From Eledone cirrhosa (taxonomy: Eukaryota), in the NCBI GenBank assembly GCA_964016885.1, contig OZ024745.1, positions 91,760,001 to 91,824,000 on the forward strand: DNA of 64,000 nucleotides, written 5' to 3'. Made by a program: the position numbers and the translations under genes. The notes below the pieces were generated by a model, which saw only the letters and a program-made list of their open reading frames with translations, had not been told where the DNA came from and ran no database searches. The stretch's first letter is position 1. Every line of letters starts with the position of its first letter. This document shows, one piece after another, positions 24,700-39,000 of the stretch.

Positions 24700-27600
24700 G
24701 TATCAAACAGCTCCACTAGATACAGTAAGTTATATTACTCTGTCTGAGTATCAAACAGCTCCACTAGATACAGTAAGTTATATTACTCTGCCTGAGTATC
24801 AAACAGCTCCACTAGATACAGTAAGTTATATTACTCTGCCTGAGTATCAAACAGCTCCACTAGATACAGTAAGTTATATTACTCTGTCTGAGTATCAAAC
24901 AGCTCCACTAGATAGAGTAAGTTATATTACTCTGCCTGAGTATCAAACAGCTCCACTAGATACAGTAAGTTATATTACTCTGCCTGAGTATCAAACAGCT
25001 CCACTAGATACAGTAAGTTATATTACTCTGTCTGAGTATCAAACAGCTCCACTAGATACAGTAAGTTATATTACTCTGTCTGAGTATCAAACAGCTCCAC
25101 TAGGTACAGTAAGTTATATTACTCTGTCTGAGTATCAAACAGCTCCCCTAGATACAGTAAGTTATATTACTCTGTCTGAGTATCAAACATCTCCCCTAGA
25201 TACAGTAAGTTATATTACTCTGCCTGAGTATCAGACAGCTCCACTAGATACAGTAAGTTATATTACTCTGTCTGAGTATCAAACAGCTCCACTAGATACA
25301 GTAAGTTATATTACTCTGTCTGAGTATCAAACACCTCCACTAGATACAGTAAGTTATATTACTCTGTCTGAGTATCAAACTGCTCCACTAGATACAGTAA
25401 GTTATATTACTCTGTCTGATTATCAAACAGCTCCACTACATACAGTAAGTTATATTACTCTGCCTGAGTATCAAACAGCTCCACTACATACAGTAAGTTA
25501 TATTACTCTGCCTGAGTATCAAACAGCTCCACTAGATACAGTAAGTTATATTACTCTGTCTGTGTATCAAACACCTCCACTAGATACAGTAAGTTAAATT
25601 ACTCTGCCTGAGTATCAAACAGCTCCACTAGATACAGTAAGTTATATTACTCTGTCTGAGTATCAAACAGCTCCACTAGATACAGTAAGTTATATTACTC
25701 TGCCTGAGTATCAAACAGCTCCACTAGATACAGTAAGTTATATTACTCTGCCTGAGTATCAAACAGCTCCACTAGATACAGTAAGTTATATTACTCTGCC
25801 TGCGTATCAAACAGCTCCACTAGATACAGTAAGTTATATTACTCTGTCTGAGTATCAAACAGCTCCACTAGATACAGTAAGTTATATTACTCTGCCTGAG
25901 TATCAAACAGCTCCCCTATATACAGTAAGTTATATTACTCTGCCTGAGTATCAAACAGCTCCACTAGATACAGTAAGTTATATTACTCTGCCTGAGTATC
26001 AAGCAGCTCCACTACATACAGTAAGTTATATTACTCTGCCTGAGTATCAAACAGCTCCCTTAGATACAGTAAGTTATATTACTCTGCCTGAGTATCAAAC
26101 AGCTCCACTAGATACAGTAAGTTATATTACTCTGTCTGAGTATCAAACAGCTCCACTAGATACAGTAAGTTATATTACTCTGCCTGAGTATCAAACAGCT
26201 CCACTAGATACAGTAAGTTATATTACTCTGCCTGAGTATCAAACAGCTCCACTAGATACAGTAAGTTATATTACTCTGTCTGAGTATCAAACAGCTCCAC
26301 TAGATACAGTAAGTTATATTACTCTGCCTGAGTATCAAACAGCTCTACTACATACAGTAAGTTATATTACTCTGCCTGAGTATCAAACAGCTCCACTAGA
26401 TACAGTAAGTTATATTACTCTGCCTGAGTATCAAACAGCTCCACTAGATACAGTAAGTTATATTACTCTGCCTGAGTATCAAACAGCTCCACTAGATACA
26501 GTAAGTTATATTACACTGCCTGAGTATCAAACAGCTCCACTAGGTACAGTAAGTTATATTACTCTGCCTGAGTATCAAACAGTTCCACTAGATGCAGTAA
26601 GTTATATTACTCTGCCTGAGTATCAAACAACTCCACTAGATACAGTAAGTTATATTACTCTGTCTGAGTATCAAACAGCTCCACTAGATACAGTAAGTTA
26701 TATTACTCTGCCTGAGTATCAAACAGCTCCCCTATATACAGTAAGTTATATTACTCTGCCTGAGTATCAAACAGTTCCACTAGATACAGTAAGTTATATT
26801 ACTCTGCCTGAGTATCAAGCAGCTCCACTACATACAGTAAGTTATATTACTCTGCCTGAGTATCAAACAGCTCCACTAGATACAGTAAGTTATATTACTC
26901 TGCCTGAGTATCAAACAGCTCCCTTAGATACAGTAAGTTATATTACTCTGCCTGAGTATCAAACAGCTCCACTAGATACAGTAAGTTATATTACTCTGTC
27001 TGAGTATCAAACAGCTCCACTAGATACAGTAAGTTATATTACTCTGCCTGAGTATCAAACAGCTCCACTAGATACAGTAAGTTATATTACTCTGCCTGAG
27101 TATCAAACAGCTCCACTAGATACAGTAAGTTATATTACTCTGTCTGAGTATCAAACAGCTCCACTAGATACAGTAAGTTATATTACTCTGCCTGAGTATC
27201 AAACAGCTCTACTACATACAGTAAGTTATATTACTCTGCCTGAGTATCAAACAGCTCCACTAGATACAGTAAGTTATATTACTCTGCCTGAGTATCAAAC
27301 AGCTCCACTACATACAGTAAGTTATATTACTCTGCCTGAGTATCAAACAGCTCCACTAGATACAGTAAGTTATATTACTCTGCCTGAGTATCAAACAGCT
27401 CCACTAGATACAGTAAGTTATATTACTCTGTCTGAGTATCAAACAGCTCCACTAGATACAGTAAGTTATATTACTCTGCCTGAGTATCAAACAGCTCCCC
27501 TATATACAGTAAGTTATATTACTCTGTCTGAGTATCAAACAGCTCCACTAGATACAGTTAGTTATATTACTCTGCCTGAGTATCAAGCAGCTCCAATACA

Positions 27601-30600
27601 TACAGTAAGTTATATTACTCTGCCTGAGTATCAAACAGCTCCACTAGATACAGTAAGTTATATTACTCTGCCTGAGTATCAAACAGCTCCACTAGATACA
27701 GTAAGTTATATTACTCTGTCTGAGTATCAAACAGCTCCACTAGATACAGTAAGTTATATTACTCTGCCTGAGTATCAAACAGCTCCACTAGATACAGTAA
27801 GTTATATTACTCTGCCTGAGTATCAAACAGCTCCACTAGATACAGTAAGTTATATTACTCTGTCTGAGTATCAAACAGCTCCACTAGATACAGTAAGTTA
27901 TATTACTCTGCCTGAGTATCAAACAGCTCTACTACATACAGTAAGTTATATTATTCTGCCTGAGTATCAAACAGCTCCACTAGATACAGTAAGTTATATT
28001 ACTCTGCCTGAGTATCAAACAGCTCCACTACATACAGTAAGTTATATTACTCTGCCTGAGTATCAAACAGCTCCACTAGATACAGTAAGTTATATTACAC
28101 TGCCTGAGTATCAAACAGCTCCACTAGGTACAGTAAGTTATATTACTCTGCCTGAGTATCAAACAGTTCCACTAGATGCAGTAAGTTATATTACTCTGCC
28201 TGAGTATCAAACAACTCCACTAGATACAGTAAGTTATATTACTCTGTCTGAGTATCAAACAGCTCCACTAGATACAGTAAGTTATATTACTCTGCCTGAG
28301 TATCAAACAGCTCCACTAGATACAGTAAGTTATATTACTCTGTCTGAGTATCAAACAGCTCCACTAGATACAGTAAGTTATATTACTCTGTCTGAGTATC
28401 AAACAGCTCCACTAGATACAGTAAGTTATATTACTCTGCCTGAGTATCAAACAGCTCCACTAGGTACAGTAAGTTATATTACTCTGTCTGAGTATCAAAC
28501 AGCTCCCCTAGATACAGTAAGTTATATTACTCTGTCTGAGTATCAAATATCTCCCCTAGATACAGTAAGTTATATTACTCTGCCTGAGTATCAGACAGCT
28601 CCACTAGATACAGTAAGTTATATTACTCTGTCTGAGTATCAAACAGCTCCACTAGATACAGTAAGTTATATTACTCTGTCTGAGTATCAAACACCTCCAC
28701 TAGATACAGTAAGTTATATTACTCTGTCTGAGTATCAAACTGCTCCACTAGATACAGTAAGTTATATTACTCTGTCTGATTATCAAACAGCTCCACTACA
28801 TACAGTAAGTTATATTACTCTGCCTGAGTATCAAACAGCTCCACTACATACAGTAAGTTATATTACTCTGCCTGAGTATCAAACAGCTCCACTAGATACA
28901 GTAAGTTATATTACTCTGTCTGTGTATCAAACACCTCCACTAGATACAGTAAGTTAAATTACTCTGCCTGAGTATCAAACAGCTCCACTAGATACAGTAA
29001 GTTATATTACTCTGTCTGAGTATCAAACAGCTCCACTAGATACAGTAAGTTATATTACTCTGCCTGAGTATCAAACAGCTCCACTAGATACAGTAAGTTA
29101 TATTACTCTGCCTGAGTATCAAACAGCTCCACTAGATACAGTAAGTTATATTACTCTGCCTGCGTATCAAACAGCTCCACTAGATACAGTAAGTTATATT
29201 ACTCTGTCTGAGTATCAAACAGCTCCACTAGATACAGTAAGTTATATTACTCTGCCTGAGTATCAAACAGCTCCCCTATATACAGTAAGTTATATTACTC
29301 TGCCTGAGTATCAAACAGCTCCACTAGATACAGTAAGTTATATTACTCTGCCTGAGTATCAAGCAGCTCCACTACATACAGTAAGTTATATTACTCTGCC
29401 TGAGTATCAAACAGCTCCCTTAGATACAGTAAGTTATATTACTCTGCCTGAGTATCAAACAGCTCCACTAGATACAGTAAGTTATATTACTCTGTCTGAG
29501 TATCAAACAGCTCCACTAGATACAGTAAGTTATATTACTCTGCCTGAGTATCAAACAGCTCCACTAGATACAGTAAGTTATATTACTCTGTCTGAGTATC
29601 AAACAGCTCCACTAGATACAGTAAGTTATATTACTCTGCCTGAGTATCAAACAGCTCCACTAGATACAGTAAGTTATATTACTCTGCCTGAGTATCAAAC
29701 AGCTCCACTAGATACAGTAAGTTATATTACTCTGTCTGAGTATCAAACAGCTCCACTAGATAGAGTAAGTTATATTACTCTGCCTGAGTATCAAACAGCT
29801 CCACTAGATACAGTAAGTTATATTACTCTGCCTGAGTATCAAACAGCTCCACTAGATACAGTAAGTTATATTACTCTGTCTGAGTATCAAACAGCTCCAC
29901 TAGATACAGTAAGTTATATTACTCTGCCTGAGTATCAAACAGCTCCACTAGGTACAGTAAGTTATATTACTCTGTCTGAGTATCAAACAGCTCCCCTAGA
30001 TACAGTAAGTTATATTACTCTGTCTGAGTATCAAACATCTCCCCTAGATACAGTAAGTTATATTACTCTGCCTGAGTATCAGACAGCTCCACTAGATACA
30101 GTAAGTTATATTACTCTGTCTGAGTATCAAACAGCTCCACTAGATACAGTAAGTTATATTACTCTGTCTGAGTATCAAACACCTCCACTAGATACAGTAA
30201 GTTATATTACTCTGTCTGAGTATCAAACTGCTCCACTAGATACAGTAAGTTATATTACTCTGTCTGATTATCAAACAGCTCCACTACATACAGTAAGTTA
30301 TATTACTCTGCCTGAGTATCAAACAGCTCCACTACATACAGTAAGTTATATTACTCTGCCTGAGTATCAAACAGCTCCACTAGATACAGTAAGTTATATT
30401 ACTCTGTCTGTGTATCAAACACCTCCACTAGATACAGTAAGTTAAATTACTCTGCCTGAGCATCAAACAGCTCCACTAGATACAGTAAGTTATATTACTC
30501 TGTCTGAGTATCAAACAGCTCCACTAGATACAGTAAGTTATATTACTCTGCCTGAGTATCAAACAGCTCCACTAGATACAGTAAGTTATATTACTCTGCC

Positions 30601-33280
30601 TGAGTATCAAACAGCTCCACTAGATACAGTAAGTTATATTACTCTGCCTGCGTATCAAACAGCTCCACTAGATACAGTAAGTTATATTACTCTGTCTGAG
30701 TATCAAACAGCTCCACTAGATACAGTAAGTTATATTACTCTGCCTGAGTATCAAACAGCTCCCCTATATACAGTAAGTTATATTACTCTGCCTGAGTATC
30801 AAACAGCTCCACTAGATACAGTAAGTTATATTACTCTGCCTGAGTATCAAGCAGCTCCACTACATACAGTAAGTTATATTACTCTGCCTGAGTATCAAAC
30901 AGCTCCCTTAGATACAGTAAGTTATATTACTCTGCCTGAGTATCAAACAGCTCCACTAGATACAGTAAGTTATATTACTCTGTCTGAGTATCAAACAGCT
31001 CCACTAGATACAGTAAGTTATATTACTCTGCCTGAGTATCAAACAGCTCCACTAGATACAGTAAGTTATATTACTCTGCCTGAGTATCAAACAGCTCCAC
31101 TAGATACAGTAAGTTATATTACTCTGTCTGAGTATCAAACAGCTCCACTAGATACAGTAAGTTATATTACTCTGCCTGAGTATCAAACAGCTCTACTACA
31201 TACAGTAAGTTATATTACTCTGCCTGAGTATCAAACAGCTCCACTAGATACAGTAAGTTATATTACTCTGCCTGAGTATCAAACAGCTCCACTGGATACA
31301 GTAAGTTATATTACTCTGCCTGAGTATCAAACAGCTCCACTAGATACAGTAAGTTATATTACACTGCCTGAGTATCAAACAGCTCCACTAGGTACAGTAA
31401 GTTATATTACTCTGCCTGAGTATCAAACAGTTCCACTAGATGCAGTAAGTTATATTACTCTGCCTGAGTATCAAACAACTCCACTAGATACAGTAAGTTA
31501 TATTACTCTGTCTGAGTATCAAACAGCTCCACTAGATACAGTAAGTTATATTACTCTGCCTGAGTATCAAACAGCTCCCCTATATACAGTAAGTTATATT
31601 ACTCTGCCTGAGTATCAAACAGCTCCACTAGATACAGTAAGTTATATTACTCTGCCTGAGTATCAAGCAGCTCCACTACATACAGTAAGTTATATTACTC
31701 TGCCTGAGTATCAAACAGCTCCACTAGATACAGTAAGTTATATTACTCTGCCTGAGTATCAAACAGCTCCCTTAGATACAGTAAGTTATATTACTCTGCC
31801 TGAGTATCAAACAGCTCCACTAGATACAGTAAGTTATATTACTCTGTCTGAGTATCAAACAGCTCCACTAGATACAGTAAGTTATATTACTCTGCCTGAG
31901 TATCAAACAGCTCCACTAGATACAGTAAGTTATATTACTCTGCCTGAGTATCAAACAGCTCCACTAGATACAGTAAGTTATATTACTCTGTCTGAGTATC
32001 AAACAGCTCCACTAGATACAGTAAGTTATATTACTCTGCCTGAGTATCAAACAGCTCTACTACATACAGTAAGTTATATTACTCTGCCTGAGTATCAAAC
32101 AGCTCCACTAGATACAGTAAGTTATATTACTCTGCCTGAGTATCAAACAGCTCCACTACATACAGTAAGTTATATTACTCTGCCTGAGTATCAAACAGCT
32201 CCACTAGATACAGTAAGTTATATTACTCTGCCTGAGTATCAAACAGCTCCACTAGATACAGTAAGTTATATTACTCTGTCTGAGTATCAAACAGCTCCAC
32301 TAGATACAGTAAGTTATATTACTCTGCCTGAGTATCAAACAGCTCCCCTATATACAGTAAGTTATATTACTCTGTCTGAGTATCAAACAGCTCCACTAGA
32401 TACAGTTAGTTATATTACTCTGCCTGAGTATCAAGCAGCTCCAATACATACAGTAAGTTATATTACTCTGCCTGAGTATCAAACAGCTCCACTAGATACA
32501 GTAAGTTATATTACTCTGCCTGAGTATCAAACAGCTCCACTAGATACAGTAAGTTATATTACTCTGTCTGAGTATCAAACAGCTCCACTAGATACAGTAA
32601 GTTATATTACTCTGCCTGAGTATCAAACAGCTCCACTAGATACAGTAAGTTATATTACTCTGCCTGAGTATCAAACAGCTCCACTAGATACAGTAAGTTA
32701 TATTACTCTGTCTGAGTATCAAACAGCTCCACTAGATACAGTAAGTTATATTACTCTGCCTGAGTATCAAACAGCTCTACTACATACAGTAAGTTATATT
32801 ATTCTGCCTGAGTATCAAACAGCTCCACTAGATACAGTAAGTTATATTACTCTGCCTGAGTATCAAACAGCTCCACTACATACAGTAAGTTATATTACTC
32901 TGCCTGAGTATCAAACAGCTCCACTAGATACAGTAAGTTATATTACACTGCCTGAGTATCAAACAGCTCCACTAGGTACAGTAAGTTATATTACTCTGCC
33001 TGAGTATCAAACAGTTCCACTAGATGCAGTAAGTTATATTACTCTGCCTGAGTATCAAACAACTCCACTAGATACAGTAAGTTATATTACTCTGTCTGAG
33101 TATCAAACAGCTCCACTAGATACAGTAAGTTATATTACTCTGCCTGAGTATCAAACAGCTCCACTAGATACAGTAAGTTATATTACTCTGTCTGAGTATC
33201 AAACAGCTCCACTAGATACAGTAAGTTATATTACTCTGTCTGAGTATCAAACAGCTCCACTAGATACAGTAAGTTATATT
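24700..33280. repeat. Block duplication, offset 4848 bp (101 monomers): about 24.7-28.4 kb recurs at about 29.55-33.28 kb
   Basis: GATAGAG 24915/29763, CTGCGTAT 25803/30651 and TTATTCTG 27954/32802 all lie at offset 4848. Confidence 0.9.
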
Positions 33281-35182
33281 ACTCTGACTGAGTATCAAAC
33301 AGCTCCACTAGATACAGTAAGTTATATTACTCTGCCTGAGTATTAAACAGCTCCACTAGATACGGTAAGTTAATTTACTCTGTCTGAGTATCAAATAGCT
33401 CCACTAGATACAGTAAGTTATATTACTCTGTCTGAGTATCAAACAGCTCCACTAGATACAGTAAGTTATATTACTCTGTCTGAGTATCAAACAGCTCCAC
33501 TAGATACAGTAAGTTATGTTACTCTGTCTGAGTATCAAACAGCTCCACTACATACAGTAAGTTATATTACTCTGCCTGAGTATCAAACAGCTCCACTAGA
33601 TACAGTAAGTTATATTACCCTGTCTGAGTATCAAACAGCTCCACTAGATACAGTAAGTTATGTTACTCTGTCTGAGTATCAAACAGCTCCACTACATACA
33701 GTAAGTTATATTACTCTGCCTGAGTATCAAACAGCTCCACTAGATACAGTAAGTTAATTTACTCTGTCTGAGTATCAAATAGCTCCACTAGATACAGTAA
33801 GTTATATTACTCTGCCTGAGTATCAAACAGCTCCACTAGATACAGTAAGTTATATTACTCTGTCTGAGTATCAAACAGCTCCACTAGATACAGTAAGTTA
33901 TATTACTCTGTCTGAGTATCAAACAGCTCCACTAGATACAGTAAGTTATATTACTCTGCCTGAGTATCAAACAGCTCCACTAGGTACAGTAAGTTATATT
34001 ACTCTGTCTGAGTATCAAACAGCTCCCCTAGATACAGTAAGTTATATTACTCTGTCTGAGTATCAAACATCTCCCCTAGATACAGTAAGTTATATTACTC
34101 TGCCTGAGTATCAGACAGCTCCACTAGATACAGTAAGTTATATTACTCTGTCTGAGTATCAAACAGCTCCACTAGATACAGTAAGTTATATTACTCTGTC
34201 TGAGTATCAAACACCTCCACTAGATACAGTAAGTTATATTACTCTGTCTGAGTATCAAACTGCTCCACTAGATACAGTAAGTTATATTACTCTGTCTGAT
34301 TATCAAACAGCTCCACTACATACAGTAAGTTATATTACTCTGCCTGAGTATCAAACAGCTCCACTACATACAGTAAGTTATATTACTCTGCCTGAGTATC
34401 AAACAGCTCCACTAGATACAGTAAGTTATATTACTCTGTCTGTGTATCAAACACCTCCACTAGATACAGTAAGTTAAATTACTCTGCCTGAGTATCAAAC
34501 AGCTCCACTAGATACAGTAAGTTATATTACTCTGTCTGAGTATCAAACAGCTCCACTAGATACAGTAAGTTATATTACTCTGCCTGAGTATCAAACAGCT
34601 CCACTAGATACAGTAAGTTATATTACTCTGCCTGAGTATCAAACAGCTCCACTAGATACAGTAAGTTATATTACTCTGCCTGCGTATCAAACAGCTCCAC
34701 TAGATACAGTAAGTTATATTACTCTGTCTGAGTATCAAACAGCTCCACTAGATACAGTAAGTTATATTACTCTGCCTGAGTATCAAACAGCTCCCCTATA
34801 TACAGTAAGTTATATTACTCTGCCTGAGTATCAAACAGCTCCACTAGATACAGTAAGTTATATTACTCTGCCTGAGTATCAAGCAGCTCCACTACATACA
34901 GTAAGTTATATTACTCTGCCTGAGTATCAAACAGCTCCCTTAGATACAGTAAGTTATATTACTCTGCCTGAGTATCAAACAGCTCCACTAGATACAGTAA
35001 GTTATATTACTCTGTCTGAGTATCAAACAGCTCCACTAGATACAGTAAGTTATATTACTCTGCCTGAGTATCAAACAGCTCCACTAGATACAGTAAGTTA
35101 TATTACTCTGCCTGAGTATCAAACAGCTCCACTAGATACAGTAAGTTATATTACTCTGTCTGAGTATCAAACAGCTCCACTA

Positions 35183-35184
35183 GT
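35183..35184. other. Single 1-bp deletion producing one 47-bp monomer (CTAG-TACAG instead of CTAGATACAG)
   Basis: Line 35161 reads ...CCACTAGTACAGTAAG..., and the register of all later lines is shifted by one base. Confidence 0.95.
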
Positions 35185-36099
35185 ACAGTAAGTTATATTA
35201 CTCTGCCTGAGTATCAAACAGCTCTACTACATACAGTAAGTTATATTACTCTGCCTGAGTATCAAACAGCTCCACTAGATACAGTAAGTTATATTACTCT
35301 GCCTGAGTATCAAACAGCTCCACTACATACAGTAAGTTATATTACTCTGCCTGAGTATCAAACAGCTCCACTAGATACAGTAAGTTATATTACACTGCCT
35401 GAGTATCAAACAGCTCCACTAGGTACAGTAAGTTATATTACTCTGCCTGAGTATCAAACAGTTCCACTAGATGCAGTAAGTTATATTACTCTGCCTGAGT
35501 ATCAAACAACTCCACTAGATACAGTAAGTTATATTACTCTGTCTGAGTATCAAACAGCTCCACTAGATACAGTAAGTTATATTACTCTGCCTGAGTATCA
35601 AACAGCTCCCCTATATACAGTAAGTTATATTACTCTGCCTGAGTATCAAACAGCTCCACTAGATACAGTAAGTTATATTACTCTGCCTGAGTATCAAGCA
35701 GCTCCACTACATACAGTAAGTTATATTACTCTGCCTGAGTATCAAACAGCTCCACTAGATACAGTAAGTTATATTACTCTGCCTGAGTATCAAACAGCTC
35801 CCTTAGATACAGTAAGTTATATTACTCTGCCTGAGTATCAAACAGCTCCACTAGATACAGTAAGTTATATTACTCTGTCTGAGTATCAAACAGCTCCACT
35901 AGATACAGTAAGTTATATTACTCTGCCTGAGTATCAAACAGCTCCACTAGATACAGTAAGTTATATTACTCTGCCTGAGTATCAAACAGCTCCACTAGAT
36001 ACAGTAAGTTATATTACTCTGTCTGAGTATCAAACAGCTCCACTAGATACAGTAAGTTATATTACTCTGCCTGAGTATCAAACAGCTCTACTACATACA

Positions 36100-39000
36100 G
36101 TAAGTTATATTACTCTGCCTGAGTATCAAACAGCTCCACTAGATACAGTAAGTTATATTACTCTGCCTGAGTATCAAACAGCTCCACTACATACAGTAAG
36201 TTATAATACTCTGCCTGAGTATCAAACAGCTCCACTAGATACAGTAAGTTATATTACTCTGCCTGAGTATCAAACAGCTCCACTAGATACAGTAAGTTAT
36301 ATTACTCTGTCTGAGTATCAAACAGCTCCACTAGATACAGTAAGTTATATTACTCTGCCTGAGTATCAAACAGCTCCCCTATATACAGTAAGTTATATTA
36401 CTCTGTCTGAGTATCAAACAGCTCCACTAGATACAGTTAGTTATATTACTCTGCCTGAGTATCAAGCAGCTCCAATACATACAGTAAGTTATATTACTCT
36501 GCCTGAGTATCAAACAGCTCCACTAGATACAGTAAGTTATATTACTCTGCCTGAGTATCAAACAGCTCCACTAGATACAGTAAGTTATATTACTCTGTCT
36601 GAGTATCAAACAGCTCCACTAGATACAGTAAGTTATATTACTCTGCCTGAGTATCAAACAGCTCCACTAGATACAGTAAGTTACATTACTCTGCCTGAGT
36701 ATCAAACAGCTCCACTAGATACAGTAAGTTATATTACTCTGTCTGAGTATCAAACAGCTCCACTAGATACAGTAAGTTATATTACTCTGCCTGAGTATCA
36801 AACAGCTCTACTACATACAGTAAGTTATATTACTCTGCCTGAGTATCAAACAGCTCCACTAGATACAGTAAGTTATATTACTCTGCCTGAGTATCAAACA
36901 GCTCCACTACATACAGTAAGTTATATTACTCTGCCTGAGTATCAAACAGCTCCACTAGATACAGTAAGTTATATTACACTGCCTGAGTATCAAACAGCTC
37001 CACTAGGTACAGTAAGTTATATTACTCTGCCTGAGTATCAAACAGTTCCACTAGATGCAGTAAGTTATATTACTCTGCCTGAGTATCAAACAACTCCACT
37101 AGATACAGTAAGTTATATTACTCTGTCTGAGTATCAAACAGCTCCACTAGATACAGTAAGTTATATTACTCTGCCTGAGTATCAAACAGCTCCACTAGAT
37201 ACAGTAAGTTATATTACTCTGTCTGAGTATCAAACAGCTCCACTAGATACAGTAAGTTATATTACTCTGTCTGAGTATCAAACAGCTCCACTAGATACAG
37301 TAAGTTATATTACTCTGACTGAGTATCAAACAGCTCCACTAGATACAGTAAGTTATATTACTCTGCCTGAGTATTAAACAGCTCCACTAGATACGGTAAG
37401 TTAATTTACTCTGTCTGAGTATCAAATAGCTCCACTAGATACAGTAAGTTATATTACTCTGTCTGAGTATCAAACAGCTCCACTAGATACAGTAAGTTAT
37501 ATTACTCTGTCTGAGTATCAAACAGCTCCACTAGATACAGTAAGTTATGTTACTCTGTCTGAGTATCAAACAGCTCCACTACATACAGTAAGTTATATTA
37601 CTCTGCCTGAGTATCAAACAGCTCCACTAGATACAGTAAGTTATATTACCCTGTCTGAGTATCAAACAGCTCCACTAGATACAGTAAGTTATGTTACTCT
37701 GTCTGAGTATCAAACAGCTCCACTACATACAGTAAGTTATATTACTCTGCCTGAGTATCAAACAGCTCCACTAGATACAGTAAGTTAATTTACTCTGTCT
37801 GAGTATCAAATAGCTCCACTAGATACAGTAAGTTATATTACTCTGCCTGAGTATCAAACAGCTCCACTAGATACAGTAAGTTATATTACTCTGTCTGAGT
37901 ATCAAACAGCTCCACTAGATACAGTAAGTTATATTACTCTGCCTGAGTATCAAACAGCTCCACTAGATACAGTAAGTTATATTACTCTGCCTGAGTATCA
38001 AACGGCTCCACTAGATACAGTAAGTTATATTACTCTGTCTGAATATCAAACAGCTCCACTACATACAGTAAGTTATATTACTCTGCCTGAGTATCAAACG
38101 GCTCCACTAGATACAGTAAGTTATATTACTCTGCCTGAGTATCAAACAGCTCCCCTATATACAGTAAGTTATATTACTCTGCCTGAGTATCAAACAGCTC
38201 CACTAGATACAGTAAGTTATATTACTCTGCCTGAGTATCAAGCAGCTCCACTACATACAGTAAGTTATATTACTCTGCCTGAGTATCAAACAGCTCCACT
38301 AGATACAGTAAGTTATATTACTCTGCCTGAGTATCAAACAGCTCCCCTAGATACAGTAAGTTATATTACTCTGTCTGAGTATCAAACAGCTCCACTAGAT
38401 ACAGTAAGTTATATTACTCTGTCTGAGTATCAAACAGCTCCACTAGATACAGTAAGTTATATTACTCTGTCTGAGTATCAAACAGCTCCACTAGATACAG
38501 TAAGTTATATTACTCTGTCTGAGTATCAAACAGCTCCACTAGATACAGTAAGTTATATTACTCTGCCTGAGTATCAAACAGCTCCACTAGATATAGTAAG
38601 TTATATTACTCTGCCTGAGTATCAAACAGCTCCACTAGATACAGTAAGTTATATTACTCTGTCTGAGTATCAAACAGCTCCACTAGATACAGTAAGTTAT
38701 ATTACTCTGCCTGAGTATCAAACAGCTCCACTAGATACAGTAAGTTATATTACTCTGCCTGAGTATCAAACAGCTCCACTAGATACAGTAAGTTATATTA
38801 CTCTGTCTGAGTATCAAACAGCTCCACTAGATACAGTAAGTTATATTACTCTGCCTGAGTATCAAACAGCTCCACTAGATACAGTAAGTTATATTACTCT
38901 GCCTGAGTATCAAACGGCTCCACTAGATACAGTAAGTTATATTACTCTGTCTGAATATCAAACAGCTCCACTACATACAGTAAGTTATATTACTCTGCCT

